64,000 bases of DNA from Bacteroidales bacterium (GTDB taxonomy: Bacteria > Bacteroidota > Bacteroidia > Bacteroidales > P3), in assembly GCA_017448185.1 (NCBI GenBank), contig JAFSLX010000049.1:1152-65151 (forward strand), written 5' to 3'. Below, piece by piece: positions 44,554-54,344 of this stretch (the stretch's first letter is position 1; each line of letters begins with the position of its first letter). Below the pieces are notes generated by a model. It searched no databases, was not told where the DNA came from, and worked only from the letters and a program-made list of their open reading frames with translations. Both the position numbers and the translations under genes were made by a program.

Positions 44554-45423
44554 TTAGCCTTTCAGGGCCTCGGAGCCACTGACGATTTCGATAATCTCGT
44601 TGGTAATCGATGCCTGACGGGCTTTGTTGTAACTGAGTTTCAAGTCTTTCAGCAACTCTGTGGCGTTGTCGGTGGCCTTCTGCATGGCCGTCATACGTGC
44701 ACCATGCTCGGCCGCAAGCGAGTCGAGGACAACGCGGTAGAAAGTGGAGCGCAGCGTGAGCGGAATCATCTCGCGCAGAATTTCCTCCTTCGAAGGCTCG
44801 AAGATGAAATCGCTGTTGACTTTTTCACTTCCCACTTTTCTTTTTTCACTTTCCACCGGCAGCCACTGCTCGGTGCTGAGCACCTGCGTCAGTGAGTTTT
44901 TGAACTGGTTGTATATCAATTCGACACGGTCGATGCGCTTGTCGGCGAAATCGTTCATGATGCTGTCGGCCAACGAGGCGATGGCATCGAACGAAGGGCT
45001 GTCGAGCAGCTCGTCGTATGCCTTGACGGTCAAGTCCTTCTGGCGCACCAGCATCTCGGACGATTTCTTGCCGATGCTTATCACGTTGATATTCGCCTTG
45101 GCCTCGCGCCAATGGTCAATGCGGCTCTGGGCCTGCTTCAGCACGTTGCTGTTGAAGGCACCGCAAAGACCTTTGTTCGAGGTCACTACGACGAGCACCA
45201 CGGTTTGTACCGGCCGCACCAGATGGTAGGGGGTCTGTATGCCGTCGGCCACATCGATGTCGGCGATAATCTCGTTCAGCTGCGCCGCGTATGGCCTCAT
45301 GCCGATGATGGCGTTCTGTGCACGGCGGAACTTGGCAGCCGACACCATCTTCATGGCCGAGGTAATCTGCTGCGTCGAACTGACCGAGGCAATTCGGGTG
45401 CGGACTTCTTTTAAATTAGCCAT
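44554..45423 (-). CDS. atpG: F0F1 ATP synthase subunit gamma
   Basis: MANLKEVRTRIASVSSTQQITSAMKMVSAAKFRRAQ ... ITNEIIEIVSGSEAL. Confidence 0.93.
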   Translation of the reverse strand: MANLKEVRTRIASVSSTQQITSAMKMVSAAKFRRAQNAIIGMRPYAAQLNEIIADIDVADGIQTPYHLVRPVQTVVLVVVTSNKGLCGAFNSNVLKQAQSRIDHWREAKANINVISIGKKSSEMLVRQKDLTVKAYDELLDSPSFDAIASLADSIMNDFADKRIDRVELIYNQFKNSLTQVLSTEQWLPVESEKRKVGSEKVNSDFIFEPSKEEILREMIPLTLRSTFYRVVLDSLAAEHGARMTAMQKATDNATELLKDLKLSYNKARQASITNEIIEIVSGSEALKG

Positions 45424-45432
45424 AAGTGGGGG

Positions 45433-47010
45433 TTATTTATATCGTTCTGCCAAGTCGAGGGCGGCAGCCTTCATCGTTGCCAAGTCGCTGTCGACCAGTT
45501 TACCGGCGCGGAGGTTGGCCAGTATGTCGGCGTGCTGGTTACGCATCATGAAGAGGAATTCCTTCTCGAACATGCGAACCTTGTCAACGGCCACTTTCTG
45601 CAGCAAGCCATTGGTTCCACAGAAGATGATGGCCACCTGTTCTTCGACAGGCATGGGGCTGTATTGCGGCTGCTTCAGCACCTCGACGTTGCGGGCACCC
45701 TTGTCGAGCACCGCCTTGGTGGCAGCATCGAGGTCGGAGCCGAACTTCGAGAAGGCCTCCAGTTCGCGATACTGGGCCTGGTCCATCTTCAGCGTACCGG
45801 CAATCTTCTTCATCGACTTGATCTGTGCCTTACCACCCACTCGGCTCACTGAGATACCGACGTTGATAGCGGGACGCACTCCGCTGTTGAATAGGTTGGT
45901 CTCGAGGAAAATCTGACCGTCGGTAATCGAAATGACGTTGGTGGGGATGTAGGCCGAAACGTCGCCAGCCTGCGTCTCGATGATAGGTAGAGCAGTCAGC
46001 GAACCACCACCCCTCACCTTGTCCTTCAGCGAAGTGGGCAGGTCGTTCATCTGAGCTGCTATCTGGTCGTTCTGGATGATGCGGGCGGCACGTTCAAGCA
46101 AACGGCTGTGCAGGTAGAACACATCACCCGGGTATGCCTCACGTCCCGGCGGGCGACGGAGCAGCAACGATACCTCGCGGTAAGCCACGGCTTGCTTCGA
46201 GAGGTCGTCGTAGATAACGAGGGCGTTGCGGCCTGTGTCACGGAAGTATTCTCCGATGGCGGCACCTGCGAAAGGTGCATAGAACTGCATGGCAGCAGGA
46301 TCAGATGCCGTGGCGGCAACGATGATGGTATATTCCATGGCACCCTTTTCCTCGAGGGTCTTCACCAGATTGGCCACGGTAGAGCCTTTCTGTCCACAAG
46401 CCACATAGATGCAATACACCGGGTCACCGGCATCATAATTGTTGCGCTGGTTGATAATGGTATCGATGGCGATGGCGGTCTTACCAGTCTGACGGTCGCC
46501 GATGATAAGCTCACGCTGTCCACGTCCGATAGGAATCATCGAGTCGATAGCCTTGATACCAGTCTGCAGGGGCTGGTCGACGGGCTGACGGAAGATGACA
46601 CCCGGAGCCTTGCGCTCAATGGGCATGGCGCACAACTCACCCTGAATGGGACCCTTGCCGTCGATGGGCTGGCCGATAGTGTTGATAACACGGCCCAGCA
46701 GGCCTTCGCCCACAGGGAGCGAAGCGATGCGCTTGGTGCGCTTCACGGTGTCGCCCTCATTCACAGTGGTCACGGCACCGAGCATCACCACACCGACGTT
46801 GTCCTCTTCCAAGTTCTGGACAATGCCTTGGTCGCCGTTGTCGAATTCGACCAGCTCGCCGCTCTGGGCATTGTTGAGGCCATACACACGTGCAATACCG
46901 TCACCGACAGTCAGCACGGTGCCCACCTCCTCGAGCTCGACATCGAGATTGACATCGGCCAATTGCTTCTTCAATATTGCCGATACTTCGGCAGGTTTAA
47001 TATCTGACAT
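45433..47010 (-). CDS. atpA: F0F1 ATP synthase subunit alpha
   Basis: [18 protein letters not shown] Walker A, and [41 protein letters not shown]. Confidence 0.95.
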   Translation of the reverse strand: MSDIKPAEVSAILKKQLADVNLDVELEEVGTVLTVGDGIARVYGLNNAQSGELVEFDNGDQGIVQNLEEDNVGVVMLGAVTTVNEGDTVKRTKRIASLPVGEGLLGRVINTIGQPIDGKGPIQGELCAMPIERKAPGVIFRQPVDQPLQTGIKAIDSMIPIGRGQRELIIGDRQTGKTAIAIDTIINQRNNYDAGDPVYCIYVACGQKGSTVANLVKTLEEKGAMEYTIIVAATASDPAAMQFYAPFAGAAIGEYFRDTGRNALVIYDDLSKQAVAYREVSLLLRRPPGREAYPGDVFYLHSRLLERAARIIQNDQIAAQMNDLPTSLKDKVRGGGSLTALPIIETQAGDVSAYIPTNVISITDGQIFLETNLFNSGVRPAINVGISVSRVGGKAQIKSMKKIAGTLKMDQAQYRELEAFSKFGSDLDAATKAVLDKGARNVEVLKQPQYSPMPVEEQVAIIFCGTNGLLQKVAVDKVRMFEKEFLFMMRNQHADILANLRAGKLVDSDLATMKAAALDLAERYK

Positions 47011-47015
47011 AGAAA

Positions 47016-47570
47016 TTATAATTTACTTTCGTAATCGTTTTTCGCGAATTCCTGACGCATCTTGAGCAGTTTGGTGCGCAGACGTGCGTCGTACATATTG
47101 TGGTCGAATTCCAGCTTGAAGCCGCCGAGCATGCGGGCATCGGTGGCGGCATGCAGCTCGACACGCTTGCCGGTGTAGTGCTCCACCATCTCGACAATCA
47201 GGCGGCTGGCCTCGTCGTCGACCGGCTGGTGAGTCACCAAATCGGTCTTCACAATACCAAGGTGCTCACGATAGAGGTCGAGGTAGGAGTCGCAGATGCC
47301 ACGCAGGTTGACCGAGCGGTTCTTCTTCACCACAAAGAGCAGGAAGGCCATCGTGATGTCGCTGACGCGGCCGCCAAACAGTTCGCGCACCACGGCCGAC
47401 TTCTTGTCGGGCCGGATAACCGGATTGGCAAATATTACAGCCAGTTCGCGGTTCTCGGCACACACGGCACTCACCAGCCTCATATCGTCGGCCACGCGCC
47501 CCATATCAGCCTCGTCGGCCAGCATAAAGAGCGCCTTGGCGTAGTGCGTATTTACTCGATAGTTGTTCAT
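47016..47570 (-). CDS. atpH: F0F1 ATP synthase subunit delta
   Basis: OSCP-like sequence YAKALF..., with size and position between atpF and atpA. Confidence 0.88.
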   Translation of the reverse strand: MNNYRVNTHYAKALFMLADEADMGRVADDMRLVSAVCAENRELAVIFANPVIRPDKKSAVVRELFGGRVSDITMAFLLFVVKKNRSVNLRGICDSYLDLYREHLGIVKTDLVTHQPVDDEASRLIVEMVEHYTGKRVELHAATDARMLGGFKLEFDHNMYDARLRTKLLKMRQEFAKNDYESKL

Positions 47571-47585
47571 TTGTCCTAACTGTGC

Positions 47586-48086
47586 TTAATTCAAGTGAAC
47601 CTGTTCCAACTCTTTCTGAATCAAAGCGTCGGCCTTGGGCTTGTCGCTCAGTTCGGCACGCAGCAGCTTCTCGGCAATCTCGATGCTGAGGTTGGCAATC
47701 TGGTTCTTCAGCTCGTGCATAGCCTTTAGTTTCTCGTAGTTGATGTTCTCGCGGGCCGACTCGACGATGCGGTCGGCTTCGGCCGTGGCTTTCACACGCG
47801 CCTCTTCCACAATCTGTTCGCTTGTCAGACGGGCGTTGCGCAACATCTCGTCGCGCTCCTTCTTGGCCTCGCGCAGCAGCTCCTCATTGTGGGCCACCAG
47901 GTGCTTCATCTCCTCGCGGGCCTTGGCTGCCTCGTTCAGCGAATCGGCAATGGCTTCCTCGCGTTTCTGCAGCGATTTCAGGATCATCGGCCAGCCGAAC
48001 TTGATGAGGATGAAAGCCAGTATGCCGAACGACACAAGCATCCACACAAAGGTTCCTATGCCGGGGTTTATCAGTGGGTTGTTCAT
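47586..48086 (-). CDS. atpF: F0F1 ATP synthase subunit b
   Basis: N-terminal TM FVWMLVSFGILAFILIKFGWPMI, then a long charged helix. Confidence 0.88.
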   Translation of the reverse strand: MNNPLINPGIGTFVWMLVSFGILAFILIKFGWPMILKSLQKREEAIADSLNEAAKAREEMKHLVAHNEELLREAKKERDEMLRNARLTSEQIVEEARVKATAEADRIVESARENINYEKLKAMHELKNQIANLSIEIAEKLLRAELSDKPKADALIQKELEQVHLN

Positions 48087-48119
48087 ATAAAAGAGAACTT
48101 ATTAACTTTTCATCTTAAA

Positions 48120-48142
48120 GGGGTCGGCCAATCGCCGACCCC
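48120..48142 (-). promoter_or_regulatory. GC hairpin between atpE and atpF (candidate intra-operon attenuator or mRNA stabiliser)
   Basis: GGGGTCGGC-gattg-GCCGACCCC on the minus strand, in the 80-nt atpE-atpF spacer. Confidence 0.5.
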
Positions 48143-48166
48143 GGATTTTGTTTTTTGGCGTTGCCC

Positions 48167-48430
<264 letters not shown>

Positions 48431-48490
48431 TTATGTTTTAGTTATTAAACAATTATTTTACTTTTCTTTCTTCACAAAGTGAATCGGGTG

Positions 48491-48498
48491 CAAAAATA
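48491..48498 (-). promoter_or_regulatory. -7 promoter box TATTTTTG upstream of atpE
   Basis: TAnnTTTG match 67 nt upstream of ATG 48424. Confidence 0.55.
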
Positions 48499-48579
48499 AG
48501 CATTTTTTTACAATTAAATGTTAAAATAACAAACTTTTTTTATCGCGTACAACAGCTTGCAATCTCCCCCATCCTCTAA

Positions 48580-48678
48580 GACTGTTGTTCACCTGTTGTT
48601 CAGTCATTGTTCAGTCGTTGTTCAGTCAATCACAGAACAAGTGCATAACAACAACCAAACATCAGCAAATCAACAGAC
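48580..48678. repeat. Long palindromic intergenic repeat, copy D (right arm degenerate)
   Basis: Left arm CTGTTGTTCACCTGTTGTTCAGTCATTGTTCAGTCGTTGTTCAGTC has four units. The right arm pairs at roughly two thirds of positions. Confidence 0.8.
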
Positions 48679-48713
48679 TGTGGTATCTCTTAGGAATATG
48701 GAAGGCCAACTGC

Positions 48714-49706
48714 CTACACAAAGAACAGGCAGACACCGGCGACACTGATAACCGCGCCGACGATTTCGCGCAGAGTGACCCGCTGGTGGAAGAGCAATGC
48801 CGCCGGGGCAATGATGAGGATGGGGGTGAGCGCAAAGAGGGTCTGTGCGATGCCCGTGGAGGTGTACTGCGTAGCCAGCAGCGAGGCGCTGACCCCGACA
48901 AAGGGACCGAAAATTGTAGCTCCGAAGACGCACCACATGGCACGACGGTCATGTACGGCGTGGCTGAGCCGTTGCCGCCAATCGCGATGAAAGACGACGA
49001 GCAGCACAAAGAAACCGACAAGGCCAATAGTGGCTCGTATCATGGTGGAGGCAAAAGGGACACTCAGGTAGAGCGGCAGCGGAAGCAGCGCCCCGTCGGG
49101 CACCACCTGCGGGTCGAGCCCCTGGGCGGCGATGGCGGCATCGTAGTGCTGCAAGCCTATCTTGCTCAGCACCAGCCCGAATCCCTGACAGATACCGGCT
49201 ACAGCAGCAAAAAAAATGCCTTTCGGGGGAAGTGAGAAGCGGAAAGTGAATGACGAATCGCTGCCTTTCTCATTTTCTTTTTTCGACAGGATGGAGAGGG
49301 CTATACCGCTGAGGGTCACCATCATGCCAAGGATGGCGAGTGGACGCATCTGTTCGCCGAGGAGCAGCCGTCCGGTGATGGCGGCGGTGGGTGCCGAGAG
49401 GGTCATGAAGAGCTGGCCGAAACGTGAACCGATGTAGATATAGCCTTGCATCAGACAATAGTCGCCGATGACATAACCCACCACGCCCGAAAGCAACAGC
49501 CAGAGCCATGTCGAGCCATCGGCAAAGCGAGGCGAAGGCGTGCCCATGGTGAGCCAGAGGGTAAGCACAAGTAGAGAGAGCGACATGGTCATGCGCACCA
49601 CATTGAGCGGCAGCGAACCCATGCGCTTCGAGGCCACCTCGGCAAAGAGCGCCGTCACCGTCCATGAGAGGGCGACGAAGAGCGATATGATTTCACCTAC
49701 GAACAT
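48714..49706 (-). CDS. EamA/DMT family transporter
   Basis: 10-TM profile with two EamA-like halves. Confidence 0.8.
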   Translation of the reverse strand: MFVGEIISLFVALSWTVTALFAEVASKRMGSLPLNVVRMTMSLSLLVLTLWLTMGTPSPRFADGSTWLWLLLSGVVGYVIGDYCLMQGYIYIGSRFGQLFMTLSAPTAAITGRLLLGEQMRPLAILGMMVTLSGIALSILSKKENEKGSDSSFTFRFSLPPKGIFFAAVAGICQGFGLVLSKIGLQHYDAAIAAQGLDPQVVPDGALLPLPLYLSVPFASTMIRATIGLVGFFVLLVVFHRDWRQRLSHAVHDRRAMWCVFGATIFGPFVGVSASLLATQYTSTGIAQTLFALTPILIIAPAALLFHQRVTLREIVGAVISVAGVCLFFV

Positions 49707-49715
49707 TCCTGAGTT

Positions 49716-51290
49716 TTACTTCTCAAGAAGGTCGAGGCTGTAGTGCAGACCGACGTTCTTGCGGCGGGCGCGGGCCATTTTGATGATGAGGTAGGCGCAG
49801 GCGATAAGGTTGCGCAGTTCGCTGAGCGGCTCGGTGAGCACTGAGCGGTTGTAGAGGTCCTCGGTCTCGCGGAAGATAAGGTTCAAGCGGTCGAAAGCGC
49901 GCTGCAGACGCAGGTCGGAACGGACAATGCCTACATAGTTCCACATAATCTCCTGCAATTCCTTCTTGGTCTGGGTGATAAGCACCATCTCCTCGTTAAG
50001 CACCATGCCCTCGGCGTTCCAATCCGGTATCTGATTATTCGGAATGTTATGAGTATTCTGAGTAATCAGATTTATGGCCGACATGGCGGCGTTGTGTGCA
50101 TAGACGACGGCTTCGAGCAACGAGTTGCTGGCCAAGCGGTTGCCTCCGTGCAGGCCTGTGCAGGAGCACTCGCCTGCGGCATAAAGATGGTGAATCGAAC
50201 TCTCGCCGTTGCGGTCCACCTTGATACCACCGCACTGATAGTGCGCCGCCGGACGGATGGGAATCATGTCGCGCGTAATGTCGATGCCGATGCTGAGACA
50301 CTTGGCATAAATGGTGGGGAAGCCCTCGATAAGGTGTTTCTTGCCGATAGGACGTGCATCGAGGTAAAGATACTCCTTACCGCTGATTTTCATCTCGTTG
50401 TCGATGGCGCGAGCCACGATGTCGCGTGGAGCGAGGCTGAGGCGCGAATCGTACTTCTGCATGAATTCGTGCCCGTCGCGGTCCTTGAGTATGGCACCGG
50501 CGCCACGCATGGCCTCGGTGATGAGAAAAGCGGGCTTCTCGGCCGGATTGTAGAGGCTGGTTGGATGGAACTGCATGAATTCCAAGTCGCTGAGCACACC
50601 ACGGGCACGGTGCACCATGGCCACACCGTCACCAGTCGAGATGATGGGCGTGGTGGTGGTGCTGTAGACGTTACCCATGCCGCCGGTGGCCAACAGGGTG
50701 ACGCGAGCCAGATAGGTGTCGATGCGGTTGGTGTCGCAGTCGAGGGCATAGACACCGTAGCACTCAATATCGGGCGTATGCTTCGTAACGCGCTGACCCA
50801 GATGGTGCTGCGTAATGATATCGATAGCGAACTGACGTTCTTTGATTTCGATGTTGGGATGGCGACGTGCCGCCTCGAGCAGGCCACGCTCAATCTCCTC
50901 GCCGGTATTGTCCTTGTGGTGGAGGATGCGGAACTCGGAATGGCCGCCCTCACGGTGCAGGTCGAAACGGTCGCCCTTGCGGTCGAGGTCGAAGTTGACA
51001 CCGTATTGCACCAGTTCGCGGATGCGGTCAGGAGCTTCGCGGATGGTCATCTCGACCACCTCGCGGTCGCAGATGCCGTCGCCGGCCACGAGCGTGTCGT
51101 GGATATGCTTGTCGAAACTGTCGCTGTCGTACATCACGGCGGCGATACCGCCCTGGGCATAGCGCGTGGAGCCCTCGCTGGCCTCACCCTTGGTAAGGAT
51201 GCAGACTTTGCCGTATGGCGCCACTTTGAGGGCGAAACTGAGGCCGGCGATGCCGGAGCCTACCACTAAGAAATCTACTTCGAAGCGCAT
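49716..51290 (-). CDS. nadB: L-aspartate oxidase
   Basis: DFLVVGSGIAGLSFA FAD motif, AQGGIAA, HPTSL, RPAAHYQCGGIKVD, GECSCTGLHGGNRLASNSLLE. Confidence 0.93.
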   Translation of the reverse strand: MRFEVDFLVVGSGIAGLSFALKVAPYGKVCILTKGEASEGSTRYAQGGIAAVMYDSDSFDKHIHDTLVAGDGICDREVVEMTIREAPDRIRELVQYGVNFDLDRKGDRFDLHREGGHSEFRILHHKDNTGEEIERGLLEAARRHPNIEIKERQFAIDIITQHHLGQRVTKHTPDIECYGVYALDCDTNRIDTYLARVTLLATGGMGNVYSTTTTPIISTGDGVAMVHRARGVLSDLEFMQFHPTSLYNPAEKPAFLITEAMRGAGAILKDRDGHEFMQKYDSRLSLAPRDIVARAIDNEMKISGKEYLYLDARPIGKKHLIEGFPTIYAKCLSIGIDITRDMIPIRPAAHYQCGGIKVDRNGESSIHHLYAAGECSCTGLHGGNRLASNSLLEAVVYAHNAAMSAINLITQNTHNIPNNQIPDWNAEGMVLNEEMVLITQTKKELQEIMWNYVGIVRSDLRLQRAFDRLNLIFRETEDLYNRSVLTEPLSELRNLIACAYLIIKMARARRKNVGLHYSLDLLEK

Positions 51291-51306
51291 GAGTAATGAT
51301 TAATGT

Positions 51307-54300
51307 TTAATGATTAACAATAAAGGAGGAATGATGGGAGCCCATCTTCAAATAATAAAGTCCATTGGGGAGGGTGCTGACATCAAGGGTGTTGTCGCCA
51401 ACAACCACCCATTGTTTCATCACCAAGCGGCCCGCTACATCTATGACGTTCACCTCGCCCTGCTCAGCCATGGTGAGCGTCACCTTGTCGATGGCAGGGT
51501 TGGGGTAAAAACTGATGGCCGATTCCCCCACGTCGTCGATACTACCACTCGGACAGAAGAATGCGGAGAGGGTGCAGTCAGAATGAATGACAAAGGTATA
51601 TGTGGCATCATCAAGAGTGTCGCCCATTTCTGTAATCCAGAAAAAAAACGTCATATAACAACCATTACTCCAAGCTTTGAGAGTGACAGTATCACCATCA
51701 AGATAAGAACCTTCGCCTTCGATAAGGCTTGCCGAAATATAATCGTTGCACTCGTAACATACACGGTTGACGGTGACAGTGTATTCAGCACGTGTCTGCG
51801 ATGTGACAGCCTTGATAAGCCAAGCCCACGACAGGTTGGGGTATGCTTCATGTATCTGCACCCATCCGTCATCCTGAATCCAATCGCTGTTAGGCTCACC
51901 CATATAGCCGCAATGAGCAGCCGGAAAAGCCGCACTGCTGCCAAATACAATCCAAAGGTTTTGCATGGTGTCGATGCGGACAGGGCTGTCGGGTCTACAC
52001 GAACGGTAACCTCCTGTAGCGCTGGCATCAAACGAGAATGCCTTGGTATAGATTTCGGCGCCCGGACTGCTGCTGCCACCTTGATAGACATGCAAAGTGT
52101 AGTCGCCTTCATGCTCCACATAGAGCAGCACATCGTTCAGGTAATTACGTCCATGGAGATAGGCAGCTGGCAGCATGATGCCCCATGTGGTGCTGTCGCC
52201 AGTACCACCAGTATTAATCATGGGACGATCCATACAATAGGAGACGGTGTCGCCTACAGTATAGTCAACCACAAGAAGCGAGACTGTGTCGGAAACGATG
52301 ATGCCACCAAGGGTGATTGAGGCTATGGCTTGATGAATTCCAGGTGTATTGTAGAAAGTGTTCACCTCATAGCCCGTAGCGGTGTCAGGTGTGCCACCAG
52401 GGAAGGTCCAGTTGACGGTAGCGCCTGGCGTACCGGTAGCATTGAACGTGGCGGTACCACCGACTGCCACTTGCTCAGGACCGTTTGCATACACTCGCGG
52501 CATTGGCAGACTGTCGGTGGGACGGAAAAGTCCACGTATCATGGTGCTGTAGCCTCGACTCTCTCCAACCTCATTGAAATCATTGCCACTCACCGAAACG
52601 AAGCTTTCGTTGATGCCGCTATAGGTAGTGACGCAGGCCGGATAGCCCGTGCCGGTTTTATGGAAGATAACCCACATCGACTCCCAGCCATCGACAACCA
52701 CAGGGGTATGTAACGATACGGTTTTCCACTGGTCCACTTCTGTGCTGTCGACCGTAAAGGTAGTGTCGAACATGAGGTAGCGGCCATTATCGCTGCCAAG
52801 GTACACATACATGTCGTAGTCTCCATCACCATTCACGTAGAGCTCGACAGCATGTAACTCACGCCCCAACTGCATATAGGAGGCATCGAACTTTACGCCC
52901 CACGAGTAGTCACCGGCCGAAGGCCTGCCATAACTGGTCATTTTGTAACGGCCACCGTACAATTCCAGCGTGTCAGTACCCACCGGCATGAATACGGCGG
53001 TAAAGGAGTAGTCGCCACCAGTGCCATAGATTCCACGCGAGATGTAAGGGCTGCCGTCGCTCCAACATTTGAAGCGATAACCATGGTTGGGATAGGCCCG
53101 AATAAACACAGTGTCGCCGAAATTGTAGGCAACCGAGGGGGAAACCGTACCTCTTGTACTGTCGCTCGTGTTCACAGTGATGGTGCCGCCCGTGCCCCAG
53201 TCGAGGTTGGGCTGGATACCGATATTGGCCCGATTGCTACTATTGTAATACCGCGTGCTGGTGGGATTAAGGCCACCGATGGGATAATAGCCGTTGTATG
53301 AGCCACTCCAGCCCCAGTTGAAGTGGAAACAACCATCGTTATTATAACCGTCAAGCACAAAAGCATGTCCACCGCTTCCGTGGCCGGAATAGACAACCGG
53401 ACGACCAGCATCGATTTCAGCTGCCAACAGGGCATTCCATTCGCTTGGCGCGAAATCGTCGCGGTTTACACTATGCAACGCCGGACTATACTTGAAATAT
53501 CTTATCAGGGCATTCTCTTGACTTGCTTTGGTGAAGCTGCCGCCATTCACTGTTTGCGCACCACTACTGCTTGAGCCATAGCCCATCTCGACTGATACGC
53601 CGGCGTGGTACAGCAACAAAGCCACAGCACTGTCCTGCGCATCGGAGGTGACAGATGTCAGTTGCGCTGGCATGTTGTCCCACTGATAGGTGGTTGCATC
53701 AAAGTCGGCATACTGCCGGCCATAACTCGAATGGGTGTATCCATGGTTGGAAAAGCCTGTCGTGGGAAAGTTCCAATACTTCATCACCATACCCATCGAC
53801 GTGGCCACACAGCCTGTAAGGGCATGGCCAGACGAATGGTTGGTGTCACTGGGGCAAAGCAAATTGTAATATCGTCCTTGACTCCATTTTGTGGTGAGTG
53901 TGTCGGTCATGGACTTGCTCATCATCGATGGTATTTCGCCCGCCTCTAACATGGACCACTCCGCATGCCGAGTCCAAGATTTTAAATGCTTGACGTGCCT
54001 AATCTCGTTTTCATAGTCACGCAACCATTCTGCCACAGGCTCGGGAATATCTTTGGTTTCGAAACGGTTGCCTGTCGAATAGCCCAGAACAGGCTTTACG
54101 CAGTCGTCGGCACTAATGAGGATAAAGCCGCCCTTGGGAGCCGTGAAAACATAGAACTCGGCGAACGGGGTCTGTGCCGTCACATCGACCAGCGCCGCGG
54201 TGTTTATCATGCCCATGGCACGCATATAAGTCTCGGCCACACGACGGGCGGTGCCAGCATCCACAGGCTTTGCCTGAGCGCTACTGCAAAGCAGTAACGC

Positions 54301-54330
54301 ACAGGCAAATGCGGCAACAAGTCGTTTCAT
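51307..54330 (-). CDS. C10-family (streptopain-like) cysteine peptidase with T9SS C-terminal domain, paralog B
   Basis: Propeptide KPVDAGTARRVAETYM, catalytic Cys LTGCVATSMGMVMKYW, His GGHAFVLDGYN..HFNWGWSG. C-terminus FYPNPAIDKVTL..LPNGLYYLKM. An alternative ATG at 54348 overlaps the upstream stop. Confidence 0.88.
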   Translation of the reverse strand: MKRLVAAFACALLLCSSAQAKPVDAGTARRVAETYMRAMGMINTAALVDVTAQTPFAEFYVFTAPKGGFILISADDCVKPVLGYSTGNRFETKDIPEPVAEWLRDYENEIRHVKHLKSWTRHAEWSMLEAGEIPSMMSKSMTDTLTTKWSQGRYYNLLCPSDTNHSSGHALTGCVATSMGMVMKYWNFPTTGFSNHGYTHSSYGRQYADFDATTYQWDNMPAQLTSVTSDAQDSAVALLLYHAGVSVEMGYGSSSSGAQTVNGGSFTKASQENALIRYFKYSPALHSVNRDDFAPSEWNALLAAEIDAGRPVVYSGHGSGGHAFVLDGYNNDGCFHFNWGWSGSYNGYYPIGGLNPTSTRYYNSSNRANIGIQPNLDWGTGGTITVNTSDSTRGTVSPSVAYNFGDTVFIRAYPNHGYRFKCWSDGSPYISRGIYGTGGDYSFTAVFMPVGTDTLELYGGRYKMTSYGRPSAGDYSWGVKFDASYMQLGRELHAVELYVNGDGDYDMYVYLGSDNGRYLMFDTTFTVDSTEVDQWKTVSLHTPVVVDGWESMWVIFHKTGTGYPACVTTYSGINESFVSVSGNDFNEVGESRGYSTMIRGLFRPTDSLPMPRVYANGPEQVAVGGTATFNATGTPGATVNWTFPGGTPDTATGYEVNTFYNTPGIHQAIASITLGGIIVSDTVSLLVVDYTVGDTVSYCMDRPMINTGGTGDSTTWGIMLPAAYLHGRNYLNDVLLYVEHEGDYTLHVYQGGSSSPGAEIYTKAFSFDASATGGYRSCRPDSPVRIDTMQNLWIVFGSSAAFPAAHCGYMGEPNSDWIQDDGWVQIHEAYPNLSWAWLIKAVTSQTRAEYTVTVNRVCYECNDYISASLIEGEGSYLDGDTVTLKAWSNGCYMTFFFWITEMGDTLDDATYTFVIHSDCTLSAFFCPSGSIDDVGESAISFYPNPAIDKVTLTMAEQGEVNVIDVAGRLVMKQWVVVGDNTLDVSTLPNGLYYLKMGSHHSSFIVNH

Positions 54331-54344
54331 CTGGAATTCAAATA

